Positions 25,302 through 38,345 of a stretch of DNA of 64,000 nucleotides are shown here, one piece after another. The notes under the pieces are model-generated. The model was not told where the DNA came from. It saw nothing but the letters and a program-made list of their open reading frames with translations, and made no database searches. The position numbers and the translations under genes are program-made. The stretch lies in the NCBI RefSeq assembly GCF_006345805.1, contig NC_043019.1, positions 12,523,360-12,587,359 of the forward strand, given 5' to 3'. Each line of letters opens with the position of its first letter. The stretch's first letter is position 1. This stretch comes from Octopus sinensis (taxonomy: Eukaryota).

Positions 25302-25540
25302 AAGCAACAAGTATATCTTAGGTAATTTGGTACGATTGTTTCATGCTACTTCATTTTATTAAACATTGTAAGTATTACATCAGTTTTAAAATGTCGAGCA
25401 ATCTTCAGCCATTTATAGAAGTCTTATAAATGGCTGAAGATTGCTCAACATTTTAAAACTGATGTAATACTTACAGTGTTTAATAAAATGAAGTAGCATG
25501 AAACAATCGTACCAAATTACCTAAGATATACTTGTTGCTT
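25302..25540. mobile_element. Near-perfect palindrome (~116-bp arms), Penelope-like inverted terminal fragment
   Basis: AAGCAACAAGTATATC...ATTTATA-gaagtct-TATAAAT...GATATACTTGTTGCTT; each arm carries a hammerhead-like motif. Confidence 0.75.
25431..25514 (+). ncRNA. Candidate minimal type-I hammerhead ribozyme (mirror copy 25328-25411 on -)
   Basis: TGG-CTGAAGA-TTGCT...AGCAT-GAAA-C-AATC-GTA-CCA; core boxes in order, short stem I, U-U at the stem II base. Confidence 0.55.
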
Positions 25541-26359
25541 CATCATCATTTAGCGTCCGTTCTCCATGCTAGCATGGGTTAGACGGTTCAACTGGGATCT
25601 GTGAAGCTTGAAGGCTTCATCAGGCCCAGTCAGATCTGGCAGTGTTTCTACGGCTGGATGCCCTTCCTAATGCCAACCACTCCGTGAGTGTAGTGGGTAC
25701 TTTTTACGTGCCACCCGCACAGGTGCCAGACAGAGCTGGCAAACGACCACGAACGGATGAACAGCATGGCATATGGATGTTAAATGATGATGATAGTGAC
25801 AATAATTAAGAATGATAAAAATGCCAGATTTTAATCTGCCTTATTCAAATATGTCTTTATGCATATTAGTTATCTAAAATGTCTTTCTCCCATATCTACA
25901 TATATAAGTATCGTTAAACATTATTCTTAATGAAACCCAATGGTTTTGGCATGACATCCTGTAACTCATTACCACTGTTGAAGAATGTAACGTGGCTTCC
26001 GTCTGAAGCTTTGTATTTCCAAGAAGTGTTTCCTTTGTGATTTGAAATGCTTCCTATGTGATTTCTAGTTCATCCAAGTGATCACATCCGTTTATCCCAC
26101 CTTTGCAACATTTTAAAATGATTTTGACTCCGCTTGAAAATTTTGCATGTTGTTTTTTGTCTTTATTTATTTTATTTTATTTATTTTATTTTATTTTATT
26201 TTATTTTATTTATTTTATTTTCGTGTCCCTCTACCCCCATCTTTGTATTTAGATTATAGCAAAAGCATGAAGCCGTGATCTGTGACATGAGACTCCTCGG
26301 GCCCGAGCCTGAATTATTGTAACTTTTATGAGTAATGGGAGTTGTACATTGCTGTATGT

Positions 26360-26406
<47 letters not shown>

Positions 26407-28313
26407 TGTTTCCCCTGAGCTTGCAAGGGGAAACAGATATAGGATGAAGATCATCTACATCATCAGTGTATGAGTAAATAAGTAAACACACACACACACA
26501 CACACTCATAATATAATATTACAATGGATGTGAGGATGTGCAGTAAGAAATTTACTTCACAACCCCATGGTTCCAGGTTCAGTGCCATTGCACAGCACCT
26601 TGAGTATATATATATATATGCGGGTGGCACGTAAAAGCACCCGCTACACTCACGGAGTGGTTGGCATTAGGAAGGGCATCCAGCCGTAGAAACACTGCCA
26701 GATCAGACTGGGCCTGATGCAGCCTTCTGGCTTCACAGACCCCAGTTGAACCGTCCAACCCATGCTAGCATGGAAAGCGGACGCTAAATGATGATGATGA
26801 TATATATGTATGAATGTATGTGTGTGTGTATATGTTTGTGTGTCTGTGTTTGTCCCCCCCAACATTGCTTGACAACCGATACTGGTATGTTTATGTCCTC
26901 CGTAACGTAGCGGTTCAGCAAAAGAGACCGATAGAATAAGTACTAGGCTTGATTTACTCAACTAAAGGTGGTGCTCCAGCATGGTCACAGTCAAATGACT
27001 GAAACAAATAAAAGAGTAAAAAATGAGGGTTCAGTAAAACAAAGCGTTAAATCATGTTCTATGGGTACAAATGTGTGTCTTGAGACCCGCTGGTGCCTTG
27101 CAAATCTTTTGGCAAAGGGAACAAATTGAGGACTCAGTTTGCTCAAGTGCTTGTGGATCATTTACTATGTGCTTTCTTGAGAGGATGGCAAACTCTGATA
27201 CAAAACCAGGTTTGTGGTTGTTGACGGCCCCTTAGCTGGTGTGCACTATCAGTATATACTTACTCATAGGGCAGTCTGGGCCTTGTAGCTTTTGAGCAAC
27301 TAGACTAGGAGAAGGCCATTCTGATCTCAAATCTGCGATTGATTTAGCATCTGATACGTGACACACTGTGCACCAGTACAGGTAAGTGCTCCTGTATATA
27401 TATGTGTGGAGGTGTGTGTGTATAGATACAGACACACAAACATACATATACATAAGGTGGAAGGTGGTTGTTTTAATGTAAAAGTTGCTGCAGGAGTGGC
27501 TGTGTGGTAAGAAGCTTGCTTCCCAACCACATGGTTCTGGGTTCAGTCCCACTACATGGCACCTTGGGCAAGTGTCTTCTACTATAGCCTCAGGCTGACC
27601 AAAGCCTTGTGAGTGGATTTGGTAGGCGGAAACTGAAAGAAGCCCCTCATATGTGTATGTATGTGTATGTTAGTTATTTGTGTTTGTGTTTGTACCCCCA
27701 CCACTGCTTGACAACCGATGTTGGTGTATTTATGTCCCTGTCACTTAGCGGTTTAGTAAAAGAAATCGATAGAATAAGTACTAGGCTTACAAAGAATAAG
27801 CCTGGGGTTGATTTGTTCGACTAAAGGTGGTGCTCCAGCATGGCTGCAGTGAAATGATTGAAACAAGCAAAAGAATAAAAAGATTAAGTCTAATGTAAAT
27901 GGTACATATCAAGATGTGTGTGTGTGTGTGTGTGTATGTGTGCAGGGATGTAGTTATAGGTTGTATTTGTGTGCTCAGAGCTTAAGGTATTCTAAGAGTA
28001 TTCCTGATGGAAGGGGAGGGTGTTGCTCCTGCTGACATTGAGCATGGTGCTGTTGCTAAAGATATCACTGTCAATGACAGGTCTGTGATGAGAATTCAAC
28101 TGCTGTCATCAGTCAGCCCACAATGGGTAAGTACTAAGCAAAACCAGCTGTCGGATTGTGCCCCCCCCCCTCTTCCAGTTTCCCATTTTCATGATATACA
28201 TTAGTTAACCCTACAAGTGTAGCTTACTGATACCACCTACACTAAAAAATTAAGGTACTGAGTACTCTTTCTACCAATAGTCAACGCTAAACAGACATAT
28301 ATATATATATATT

Positions 28314-28712
28314 ATATACGAGAAAGAAGCAACAAGAATGGATTAGTTTTTAGTACAATTGTTTCATACAAAGACAGGCTTTATTACAAGTTGCAAAAAT
28401 TGCAGCAGATAAAAGTGTCCCGTACTCATCAGCTAAAATACATATGAGTTCTCTAGACATCTTAGTGGGTGAGGTTATACTCATGAAATATTGGAGATAA
28501 TTCCATTAAAGGCAGATATAGGTTGTAAACAGTTTTCCAAAGTTCCTTAATGATGATGCACAGTCTTATCACAGATTTTTAAAAAACTTATTAGTTTCAA
28601 AGAGAAGATGAATTATCTGCTGCAATTTTTGCAACTTGTAATAAAGCCTGTCTTTGTATGAAACAATTGTACTAAAAACTAATCCATTCTTGTTGCTTCT
28701 TTCTCGTTTATA
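28314..28712. mobile_element. Inverted repeat (~100-bp arms, ~200-bp spacer), Penelope-like
   Basis: 28314-28412 mirrors 28613-28712; shares AAGCAACAAG with the 25.3-kb palindrome. Confidence 0.75.
28348..28438 (-). ncRNA. Minimal type-I hammerhead ribozyme, apparently intact
   Basis: TTTTAG-CTGATGA-GTACGGGACA...TGTCTTTGTAT-GAAA-CAATTG-TA-CTAAAA: 6-bp stem I, intact core, palindromic stem III ACAATTGT, GUA cleavage triplet. Confidence 0.75.
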
Positions 28713-30169
28713 ATCACCCCACATTACTGTATGGTTAACACCATATAGTTTTTCTGGTGCATCTAAGTTAAGTACCACATTCAAGTAAATTCATTGGAAT
28801 TTACTTGAATCTTAATTGCTTTGATTATATATATATATATATATCATCATCACCATTTAATGTCTGCTTTCCATGCTGGCATGGGTTGGACAGTTTGAGT
28901 GAGGATTGGCAAGCCAGGAGGCTGCACCAGGCTCCAATCTTATCTACCAAGGTTTCTACATCTGATTGTCCTTCCTAATGCCAACCACTCTGAGAGTGTC
29001 ATAGCTGCTTTTTACATGCCGCTGGCATGGGGTTCCAATCAGGTGGTACTGGCATCGAATGGTGCTTTTTACGTGCAACTAGCATACACATATATATGTC
29101 TATATATGTACAGGTATGTGTGTGTGGGTGTGTTAATGTATCTGTCTATCCTTCCATCCATCCATTCTTCCTTTCTTCCTTGCCATTTCCACAATGGGGA
29201 ATTCCGTCAACACTTTTCAATCCAATAACATCAAGTGTAAAAGTTACACATCTCTGATGATTTGACATTATGTAACTAATGATGATCTTATCCGTTACCT
29301 GTTACTTGTTTCAATCAAAGGATTGTGACCATGCTGGGGCACTGCCTTATGTTAATGAAATGAGCCAAAGACGATTTAATTTAATATAGTTTAGAAAATC
29401 TTGTGTTTTGTTTTCTACACAAATAAATGTACATATACAGTTATATGCAAAGATGCACAATTTACACATATGCGTGTGTGCGTGTATATGTGTGTGTATA
29501 CATATTTGCAAAAATGAATAGAAATGGCTATTCTGATAATTTTCCCACTTTAATGATTAGATGTTTTATAAGCTTACAAAACGTGACTTTGATGGGAGTT
29601 TTTCACTTAAAGGCAGTTTTCATACCAATATCTTTAAGAGTTTGTTAGTCACTGTTTAAATAGTGAGTGTTGAATTACAAACATACATACATACATACAA
29701 ATACTAACAAGCACCTATACACATATATTTACATACACACACACACACTTGCATGCTGAGGCATGCTAGATCTATACACTGGAATCTCTCGTCTTATAAA
29801 AGTGATCATCTAAGTTCTAATGCAAAGGGAGTTTAGAATTCGCTTCCCCTTTCACAGTTGGAACCTGTCCACTTACCCTAGAGAAAGAAAGGCATATACA
29901 CCACAACATTCCTCTTAACTTAGCCCTCAATCCATTATTTTTTTTTTTACTAGTTTCATTCATGGACTGTGACCATGCTGAGCACTTTAGTGCATGCATG
30001 ACAGTACACATTTTTATGCTCACAGGGAGCCTCTGCACAGTTTCTGCGGCACGATCAATACTCAAAATTGATCGGGCCATGACTTGCCCCAGTGGCTGTG
30101 CACAACATTGGCATCAAGTATGGTACCACTCGGTTATAAATTGGTCTTCTCAGCTACGACATCCCACCC

Positions 30170-31107
30170 CCCAGCCGGCCCTTTTTTCCCCCATGTAAGG
30201 AACTCCGGCGGGCATTGCATATTGACACCATTCCCTGCGTTCTTCTTCCCCCAGTTTGTGTAGGAGAAAATATTACTAATTCTATAAATCTAACTGATGC
30301 ACTAGCATCACGCCACACAAATTCTACCCCCCACCCCACATCACTTCCACCGTTGCCACCACCACCACCACCGCCGCCACCACCATTTTGTATCATCACC
30401 TTCATTTATCTTGAATGGATGGATATTTCTGCTTTATGTGTTGTGATGTGATGCGGAAAATCCAGCCTCCTCCTCCTCTGCCTAAATCTCATCCATCTCT
30501 CACTCTTCCCCCCCCCTCTCTCTCCCCCTTCATTCTCAGTGTCAAATATACGGAAACGAAATGTCATTAGAAATCTTGCATACTGTGTGATACACTATAC
30601 ACACACATACACATGCAAATACATGCAAATAGACACACATACATACACAAATGCACAAAAGCAAGTTAGCTTGTTTATACACTCATACATCAACTTATGC
30701 ATGCATACACATTTGTGTGCATGTATGTATGTGTTGTGTGTGTGTGTGTGAGGTTAACAAGATTTTGTTAGTTCCACCTTATAACTACCGAAGTATGGCT
30801 ATGTTGTATACCTCAGCATACAAGTAATACCAACAACACCAACAACAACTAAAACAACATTTTTTTTTACTTGACAAAACTTAATATTGAAAGATGAATT
30901 TGATAAACATAGAATTAGTCACCATCACACACACACACACACACACAAATCCTCATTTATTCTGATAAAAATTCATCATACAAAACTATACACATATATA
31001 CATTACATATTCATGCATAAAGACACGTAAACAAATACAAATTCACAACTGCATACATACATGCATACACTCAATATGCACATATGCATACAATCAAGAT
31101 GCACACA

Positions 31108-31154
<47 letters not shown>

Positions 31155-31435
31155 CATGTATATATACCAAGAGCCACTTTGCAATGAAAACACTACAAGC
31201 ACACATGGACCTACAAATAAATATATGTGTGTGTGCATGCATGTGTGTATATATATATATATATGTGTGCGTGTGTGTGTGTGTATATATATATATGTGT
31301 GTGTGTGTGTGTAAGTGTATATGTGTGTGTGTGAATTTATATGTGTATATATATATGTGTGTGTGTGTATATATCTCTCTCTATGTATAATATATATTAT
31401 ATATATATATATATATATGTATCTCTATCATATAT

Positions 31436-31480
<45 letters not shown>

Positions 31481-32020
31481 GTATACATGCACACACACAG
31501 TATAACCTTTGCCGGACACAGATGGCCAGTGTGTATAATCTTGTCTAAAGCAAAATACCAATAGTGACCACCACCGCAACCACCACCACTCCAACTAAAA
31601 TAAACGAGGAGAGAATATTAATGGAAGCTGGCCAGTTTCAGGTTTTTCTTTGTCATAGAAACAGTTAATTTTTATCAACTTTTCCAAAGATAATCACGTC
31701 TTTTCATCGCAGCATCATAAGGCCATCATTGAAGAAGGTCGGCAAGAGGACGTAATTAAGTGCATGAACACCATCAATACACACAGACACACACACACAC
31801 ACACCATATACATATATGCAAACATATACAGACATACATGTACACACACACACATGTACACATACACACATGTATAATATATAAAACATTACAACATCTT
31901 GTATACTATTCTGAGCCATTGCAGAAACCTCTGTATGGTTGCTTTAATTGCTAGAGGCAACAGCCAAGTATGCCTCGAATCACACTCTACTGTCAAAGAA
32001 AGTGAAGATGGTCATGACTG
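30170..32020. repeat. Left arm (inner part) of ancient inverted duplication
   Basis: Collinear reverse-complement blocks with 38150-40920; see findings. Confidence 0.9.
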
Positions 32021-32168
32021 GAAGAAACAATAACATTGCATGTATGCACATGGTTCCGGGTTCAGTCCCACTGCGTGGCACCTTGGGCAAGTGTCTTCTA
32101 CTATAGCCTCGGGCCGACCAAAGCCTTGTGAGTGGATTTGGTAGACGGAAACTGAAAGAAGCCCATCG

Positions 32169-32212
<44 letters not shown>

Positions 32213-32479
32213 CGTGTATGTCTGTGTGTCTGTGTTTGTCTCCCTAGCATTGCTTGACAACCGATGCTGGTGTGTTTATGTCTCTGTTACTTAGCGGCTC
32301 AGCAAAAGAGACCGATAGAATAAGTACTGGGCTTACAAAGAATAAGTCCCAGGGTCGAGTTGCACAACTTAAGGCGGTGCTCCAGCATGGCCACAGTCAA
32401 ATGACTGAAACAAGTAAAAGAGATAAAGAGACACATGTATGCACACAAACACACACACTCTCTTTCAAATGCCCCTTTC

Positions 32480-32890
32480 TTCCATGCTTGCAATGGTCAG
32501 ACAGTTTATTGGGTCGGATTCTCTGTAGTTGGAAGTGGTTTATCTGGTATTTGTTGGGGGTAATCATCTAGGGATCGGTTGAATGCTGTGAAGTCACTTT
32601 CCCCCTTTATGTGTGCCTGGCACGATGTTGAAGAGAGCAGGGCCAATTGAGGTGAAATAGTTCTATCATAGTGTTTTGATACGACATGAACATTTCTATA
32701 GTGGATGGATGGCAGGGGGCAAAGCCTCGGACGAATTTTAAAGATCGGCAATGTTGATGTAATATTTTCCACATCATACAGATGATATAGAGCTCACAGC
32801 AGTGGTGGAGGGAGCAGAGCCTGAGCTTTTTGAGTCGATCCCAATAGTCAAGGCTTGTCATGTCATCCTTCGCAGACCTCTGCCAAGCAG
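32480..32890 (-). mobile_element. CR1/L2-type LINE RT C-terminal fragment (frameshifted)
   Basis: LDYWDRLKKLRLCSL...YIICMMWKIL and FNRSLDDYPQQIPDKP match the typical Y.ERL..L.LYSL...W / FK..LD.YL..VPDQP pattern. Confidence 0.8.
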
Positions 32891-33054
32891 CTCATTTTAA
32901 GATAGATACGCGAGTAAAATTACTAATAGAGAAACGAAAATAAACTTTGGAAACAGCAACGCCACCATAGGTTACATGGAAACGATGAATGTGTTTTCAA
33001 GGGAGATAATCAAAGAACGTAACATTGTAATACTTCATGTAAAGTAAATATATC

Positions 33055-33262
33055 AAATGAAAAATCCTGCAAGAATCCATAAAAATTCCTGGATCACTAC
33101 CAAAATGTCATCATCTGTTCCTTGTGTCTTTACTAATTTTTCCTGCATGTTTCATCAAATACCCTTCATAACTTTTGGAGTTATTCTGCACACAGACAGA
33201 CAGATGGACAAACCACCGCTGATGAAAATATAACCTCTTTTCTCTGGTGGAGGTAATTAAGA
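33055..33262 (+). mobile_element. Helentron-associated (HINE-like) element end
   Basis: CATAACTTTTGGAGTTATTCTGCACACAGACAGACAG...GAAAATATAACCTC-n-GGAGGTAATT terminal hairpin; the same end appears reversed at ~62577-62685. Confidence 0.5.
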
Positions 33263-33309
33263 AAGGAAGAAGGAAAGCTTGTGTATCACCTTAACTGTGT
33301 ACATAATAT

Positions 33310-33356
<47 letters not shown>

Positions 33357-33554
33357 TATTATCAGTAAAGTACCAAGGAAAAAGCAAACAATTAGTCAAG
33401 GCAGGACAAGGACGTTTGATTTTATTTATTCAATCTAAAAATTTAGCTACAAACGAACGGTAAAAATAGCACAAACTAGTTATGTTAGTCTATACAGCTG
33501 TTTATATATGTGTATGTGTTTTGTGTATACACACGTGTGTACATACATACATAC

Positions 33555-33606
<52 letters not shown>

Positions 33607-34154
33607 GTATATATTAGGTAGAGGGAAAATCAAAATTCAGACAGAACGAGTATTTCAAGTCATTGAGCATAATTTAGTTAGGGTAATTTGGTGAATTTGA
33701 AGTCTTACAGCTGTTTCTGGGATAACCCAAGTGGTAGGTTAGCTTGTCCATTCACTGGGTATTCCGTCATCAGAGACAAAGTATGAATATTTTAGACAGG
33801 GAAAATTTACAGTTTACAAGAAATTAAATTCACAGTTTATAAAGAATAAAATAGAAGAATAAAGAGTAAAAGTTGTTAGAAGAACTATATTATTCTCCTG
33901 CCAATATTCTTCTATTTTACTCCTTTATTCTTCTATTTTATTCCTTATAAACTGTAAATTTTCCCTGTCTAAAATATTCATACCTTGTCTCTGATGGTGG
34001 AATACTCAGTGCATGGACATGCTAACCTACCACTTGGGTTATCCCAGAAACGGCTGTAAGACTTTAAATTCACCTTACCCTAACTAAATTATGCTCAATG
34101 ACTTGAGATACTTGTTCTGCCTTGGTTTTGATTTTCCCTCTAATCAATATATAC
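33607..34154. mobile_element. Fold-back (~240-bp arms) Penelope-like element with hammerhead motifs
   Basis: Arms 33607-~33870 and ~33915-34154; follows a (TA)n tract. Confidence 0.8.
33702..33777 (-). ncRNA. Minimal type-I hammerhead ribozyme (mirror copy 33987-34062 on + is degenerate)
   Basis: GTCT-CTGATGA-CGGAATACCCAGTG...CACTTGGGTTATCCCA-GAAA-CAGCTG-TA-AGAC; palindromic stem III ACAGCTGT; GUA triplet. Confidence 0.7.
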
Positions 34155-35838
34155 CTGCAATAATGGAACCCTAAAATGGATCCCTTGATCCCATCAGGGG
34201 ATTTTTAGGGGGCTGTACCTCTGAAAAACCTAAACCTTGTGTATAATACACACCCCTTCCCTAACTTGAGTCGTGAGTAATTAAGCCAGCAGCACCTAGT
34301 CGGACAAACACTTCCACGCATGCGTAATACAATAATGGTGATGTTCTTAACTGTTATATGGGAATGTAAATATGTTTGCAAATTGTTTTTGTTACATGTT
34401 ATTCTGTGTTCTGGATACTTTTATTTTAATAAATGTTGCTTACTGCAAGTTATGGATGATTCTTTTATGACTTCATAGCTTTCAGGCTTAGCTTAAGGTA
34501 TTTTCGCGCCCAACATCACAAAATGCGTCTGAATAAACATTGCTGGACAGCAAATAGAGACTCGGGCATTGCTTAGAAAATATTTTTCATTTTTAACCTT
34601 GTAGATAGTATGCACTAGGGATATTGACCTTTAAATTTTTAGAAAAAAATGCGGATTATACTCGAGGATTTATGGAACTTAAAGATATATATATATACGT
34701 TTAAATATTTGTTGTGCAAGATTTTTTATGTGAAGTCGTGTGTGTTGAAACAGATATTGTTATATTTCGGAATGGTCATATTGCCAGTTTAGCCAATAAA
34801 AACACACGCACTATATATTTGGTGTTATTTTGCTTCAGTGATATTTATTTTTTACATTAATCTAATGTAGCTTGCTAACCAACCACATGGTTGCGGGTTC
34901 AGTCCCACTGCGTGGCATCTTGGGCAAGTGTCTTCTGCTATAGCCCGGGCCGACAATGCCTTGTGAGTGGATTTGGTAGACGGAAACTGAAAGAAGCCTG
35001 TCGTATTATAGTATATATTATATATATTGTGTGTGTGTGTGTGTGTGTGTTTGTGTGTCTGTGTTTGTCCCCCCTAGCATTGCTTGACAACCGATGCTGG
35101 TGTGTCTACGTCCCCGCCACTTAGGGGTTGCAAAAGAGACCGATAGATAAGTACTGGGCTTACAAGAATAAGTTCCGGGGTCGATTTGATCGACTAAAGG
35201 CGGTGCTCCAGCATGGCCGCAGTCAAATGACTGAAACAAGTAAAAGAGTAAAAGAGAATATATATATATATATTATATAATCAATATTTGGCAGAAAAAA
35301 ACAGAGTGACTCGAGGTGTGAGAGTTTCATGTGTTAGCATTTATTGAACAGACTATTGACAAACCCATGTATATATATGTGTGTATGGTGCTATACTGTG
35401 CTGTGGTATGTAATATTGTGTAATTAATACATGCATCTATATATTTATTTGTCTTGTGTCCATCTGTTAATGTAATGTCATCACAATCTGCATTGTTGAT
35501 GACAATTAAAAAAAAAAGTATTACATTTTATCAGTTGTTCTATCAATGAAACTTTTGTTTGGTTGAAGAATTAACAAATGACAGGCACCAATCTCTTTCG
35601 TAGTAAACTCACATATGGAAACTAAATATGCACACGCTCATATGAATAAGAATATACTTAGTTATACACAGCCTGTGTACACACATTCACAGATGCTTGT
35701 ATATATACACACACATATATATATATGGTTATATGTAGACAACACATTTATAGAACGCTAATACATTGACATACAAACATCTATGTATGTATATGCATGT
35801 ATCTCTCTCTCTCTCTCTCTCTCTCTGTATATATATAT

Positions 35839-35880
<42 letters not shown>

Positions 35881-36049
35881 TATTTTTGTGTGTGTGTACA
35901 CACACTGAAATGAATAAAAGAATAAATGTGTATATATATATATTTTGTGTGTATATATGTGTATGTATGTGTGTGTGTATGTATATGTGTGTATGTATAT
36001 ATGTGTGTATATATATATGTGTATGTGTGTATATATATATATATGTGTG

Positions 36050-36101
<52 letters not shown>

Positions 36102-37590
36102 CGTGTGTATATATATGTGTGTGTATATATATATTGAGAGAGAGAAAGAAAGTGCTGTGGATTGCTTGAAGCATCATGGAATATATATAGAAAATCAGTC
36201 TGCTTCAGATGATAGCAAGGCTGAAAAAAAATGTTTAAATATCAAAAGCAACAATGAAACTAGGATACTGAAAATGTTAACATAGAAATATTTTAGTCCA
36301 GATATTTTTTTTTACAAAGCCTATAAAAAAAAAATAATTATGAGTGAGAGAGTGAGACAGATTAAATGTCTATATGTCCATTTTGTTGCCATATCAAATC
36401 TTTGTGTGATATTTGAATGACCATGTGTGTAAAAAGTGTAGGATTGTGTGTCACAGGCTGTCTATGTCTCTGGTTCCAATGACTTATTTACAAGAAGGAA
36501 TTGGGTCAAGTTTTGTGGTGCACAGTTGCTCTAAGGAGTGGTTATTTGTAGGAGTCATGATTGGTTGTCATTCAGTTAGTGAGTTTGGAACTTAACCTCA
36601 GTGGATTATTGCTTCTCTACTAAGGATAGAGACTAAATTCTCAGAAATCAACCAAGGGTTTTACTGGGATGACGACTTTAAAAATTCATTGTATAATCCC
36701 CAAACTGGTTTGCTACAAATTAAAATCATATTTCCTTTATATCATGTGTCAGACATTAACCATTTCGTTTGACTCTTTTACGATATTGACTTAATCTAGT
36801 TGTGATTAATACTTGACTTGTCACTAAAGAAGTGAAACAAAACCAATACCTGTGTTTTTATTGGCAGAATGTCTCTCCTAAAATACATTTGTTTTTAACA
36901 TACTCACACACACATATATATGAGCATATTTATGTATATAGATCCACACACACTCACATTTGATATGAACTTGTACATGTGTGTGTATGAATATATATAT
37001 ATATATCATCATCATCATCATCATCGTTTAGCGTCCGTTTTCCATGCTAGCATGGGTTATATATATATATGGTGTGTGTGTGTGTGTGTGTGTGTTTGTA
37101 TGTATGTATGTGTGAGTGTATATACCAGAGTAAGAACATAAATGTGAAACAAGGTGGGAAAAAGAGTACTCATCATCATTTAATGTCAATTTTGCATGTT
37201 GGCATAGGTTGGACAGCTTGACAGGAACTGGCATGACCAGAGCCTGAACCAGGTTTCATAGTCTGTGCTGGCTTGGTTTCTACAGCTGGATGCCCTTCCT
37301 AATGCTAACCACTTTGCAGAATGTATTGGCTGCTTTTTACATGACACTATCACCAGTGCTTTTTACATGGTACCATCAACAGTGCTTCTTGCATGGCACC
37401 ATGACCAGTGCTTCTTATGTAAAACCAGCACCAACACTGGTGCTTTTTATAGGACACTTTGTTTTTAGGATATCATTGCTTTTGTGGTGGGCAGTTCTTC
37501 TTGAGTATAGCAGTGTGCCACATATCTCGGTCCTCTGTCATCTCCTTTGTAAGGCTCAGCGTTTTGAGCTCACCCTTCATATACACATGC

Positions 37591-38345
37591 ACTCATGCTC
37601 ATACACACACACACACACACAAACACAATCTTATTAATCCAGATCAGTTCTCACTGAGTAAACCAGACCTGTGATCAAAGGCATTCTAGCCATGACCGTC
37701 CACACTTTTTTTTTTCTAAAGAACAAAGTATGATCTGAGGGCAATTTAGCTGATTTGGCTGTTGTTTCTAGGAGGTCAAGCAACCATGCAGAGGCTCCAT
37801 CATTGGCTCATTTTAGCATACAATGTACTATAGTGTTCTACACACACACTCATGCTCTCACACACACAAACACAATCTTATTAATCCAGATCAGTTCTCA
37901 CTGAGTAAACCAGACCTGTGATCAAAGGCATTCTAGCCATGACCGTCCACACTTTTTTTTTTCTAAAGAACAAAGTATGATCTGAGGGCAATTTAGCTGA
38001 TTTGGCTGTTGTGTTCTAGAGGTCAAGCAACCCATGCAGAGGCTCCATCATTGGCTCATTTTAGCATACAATGTACTATAGTTTCTACACACACACACTC
38101 ATGCTCTCTCACACACACACACAACACAATCTTATTAATCCAATCAGTTTCTCACTGAGTAACCAGACCTGTGATCAAAGGCATTCTAGCCATGACCGTC
38201 CACACTTTTTTTTCTAAAGAATAAAGTATGATCTGTGGGCAATTTAGCTGATTTGGCTGTTGTTTCTAGGAGGTCAAGCAACCATGCAGAGGCTCCATCA
38301 TTGGCTCATTTTAGCACACAATGTCCTATAGTGTTCTACACACAC
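37591..38345. repeat. Tandem triplication, ~250-bp unit containing a SINE fragment
   Basis: ACTCATGCTC units start at 37591, 37848 and 38097; copies differ partly by scattered single-base indels. Confidence 0.9.

Noticed and set aside
27986-28126. Possible exon ending at the strong donor CAATGG|GTAAGT (MEGEGVAPADIEHG...)
   Set aside because: No good polypyrimidine acceptor in the open frame and no recognisable homology; cannot be supported without RNA data.
29860-29920. Initial match to 42530-42590 as part of the inverted duplication
   Set aside because: Weak; the true partner of 42399-42601 is 24629-24837.
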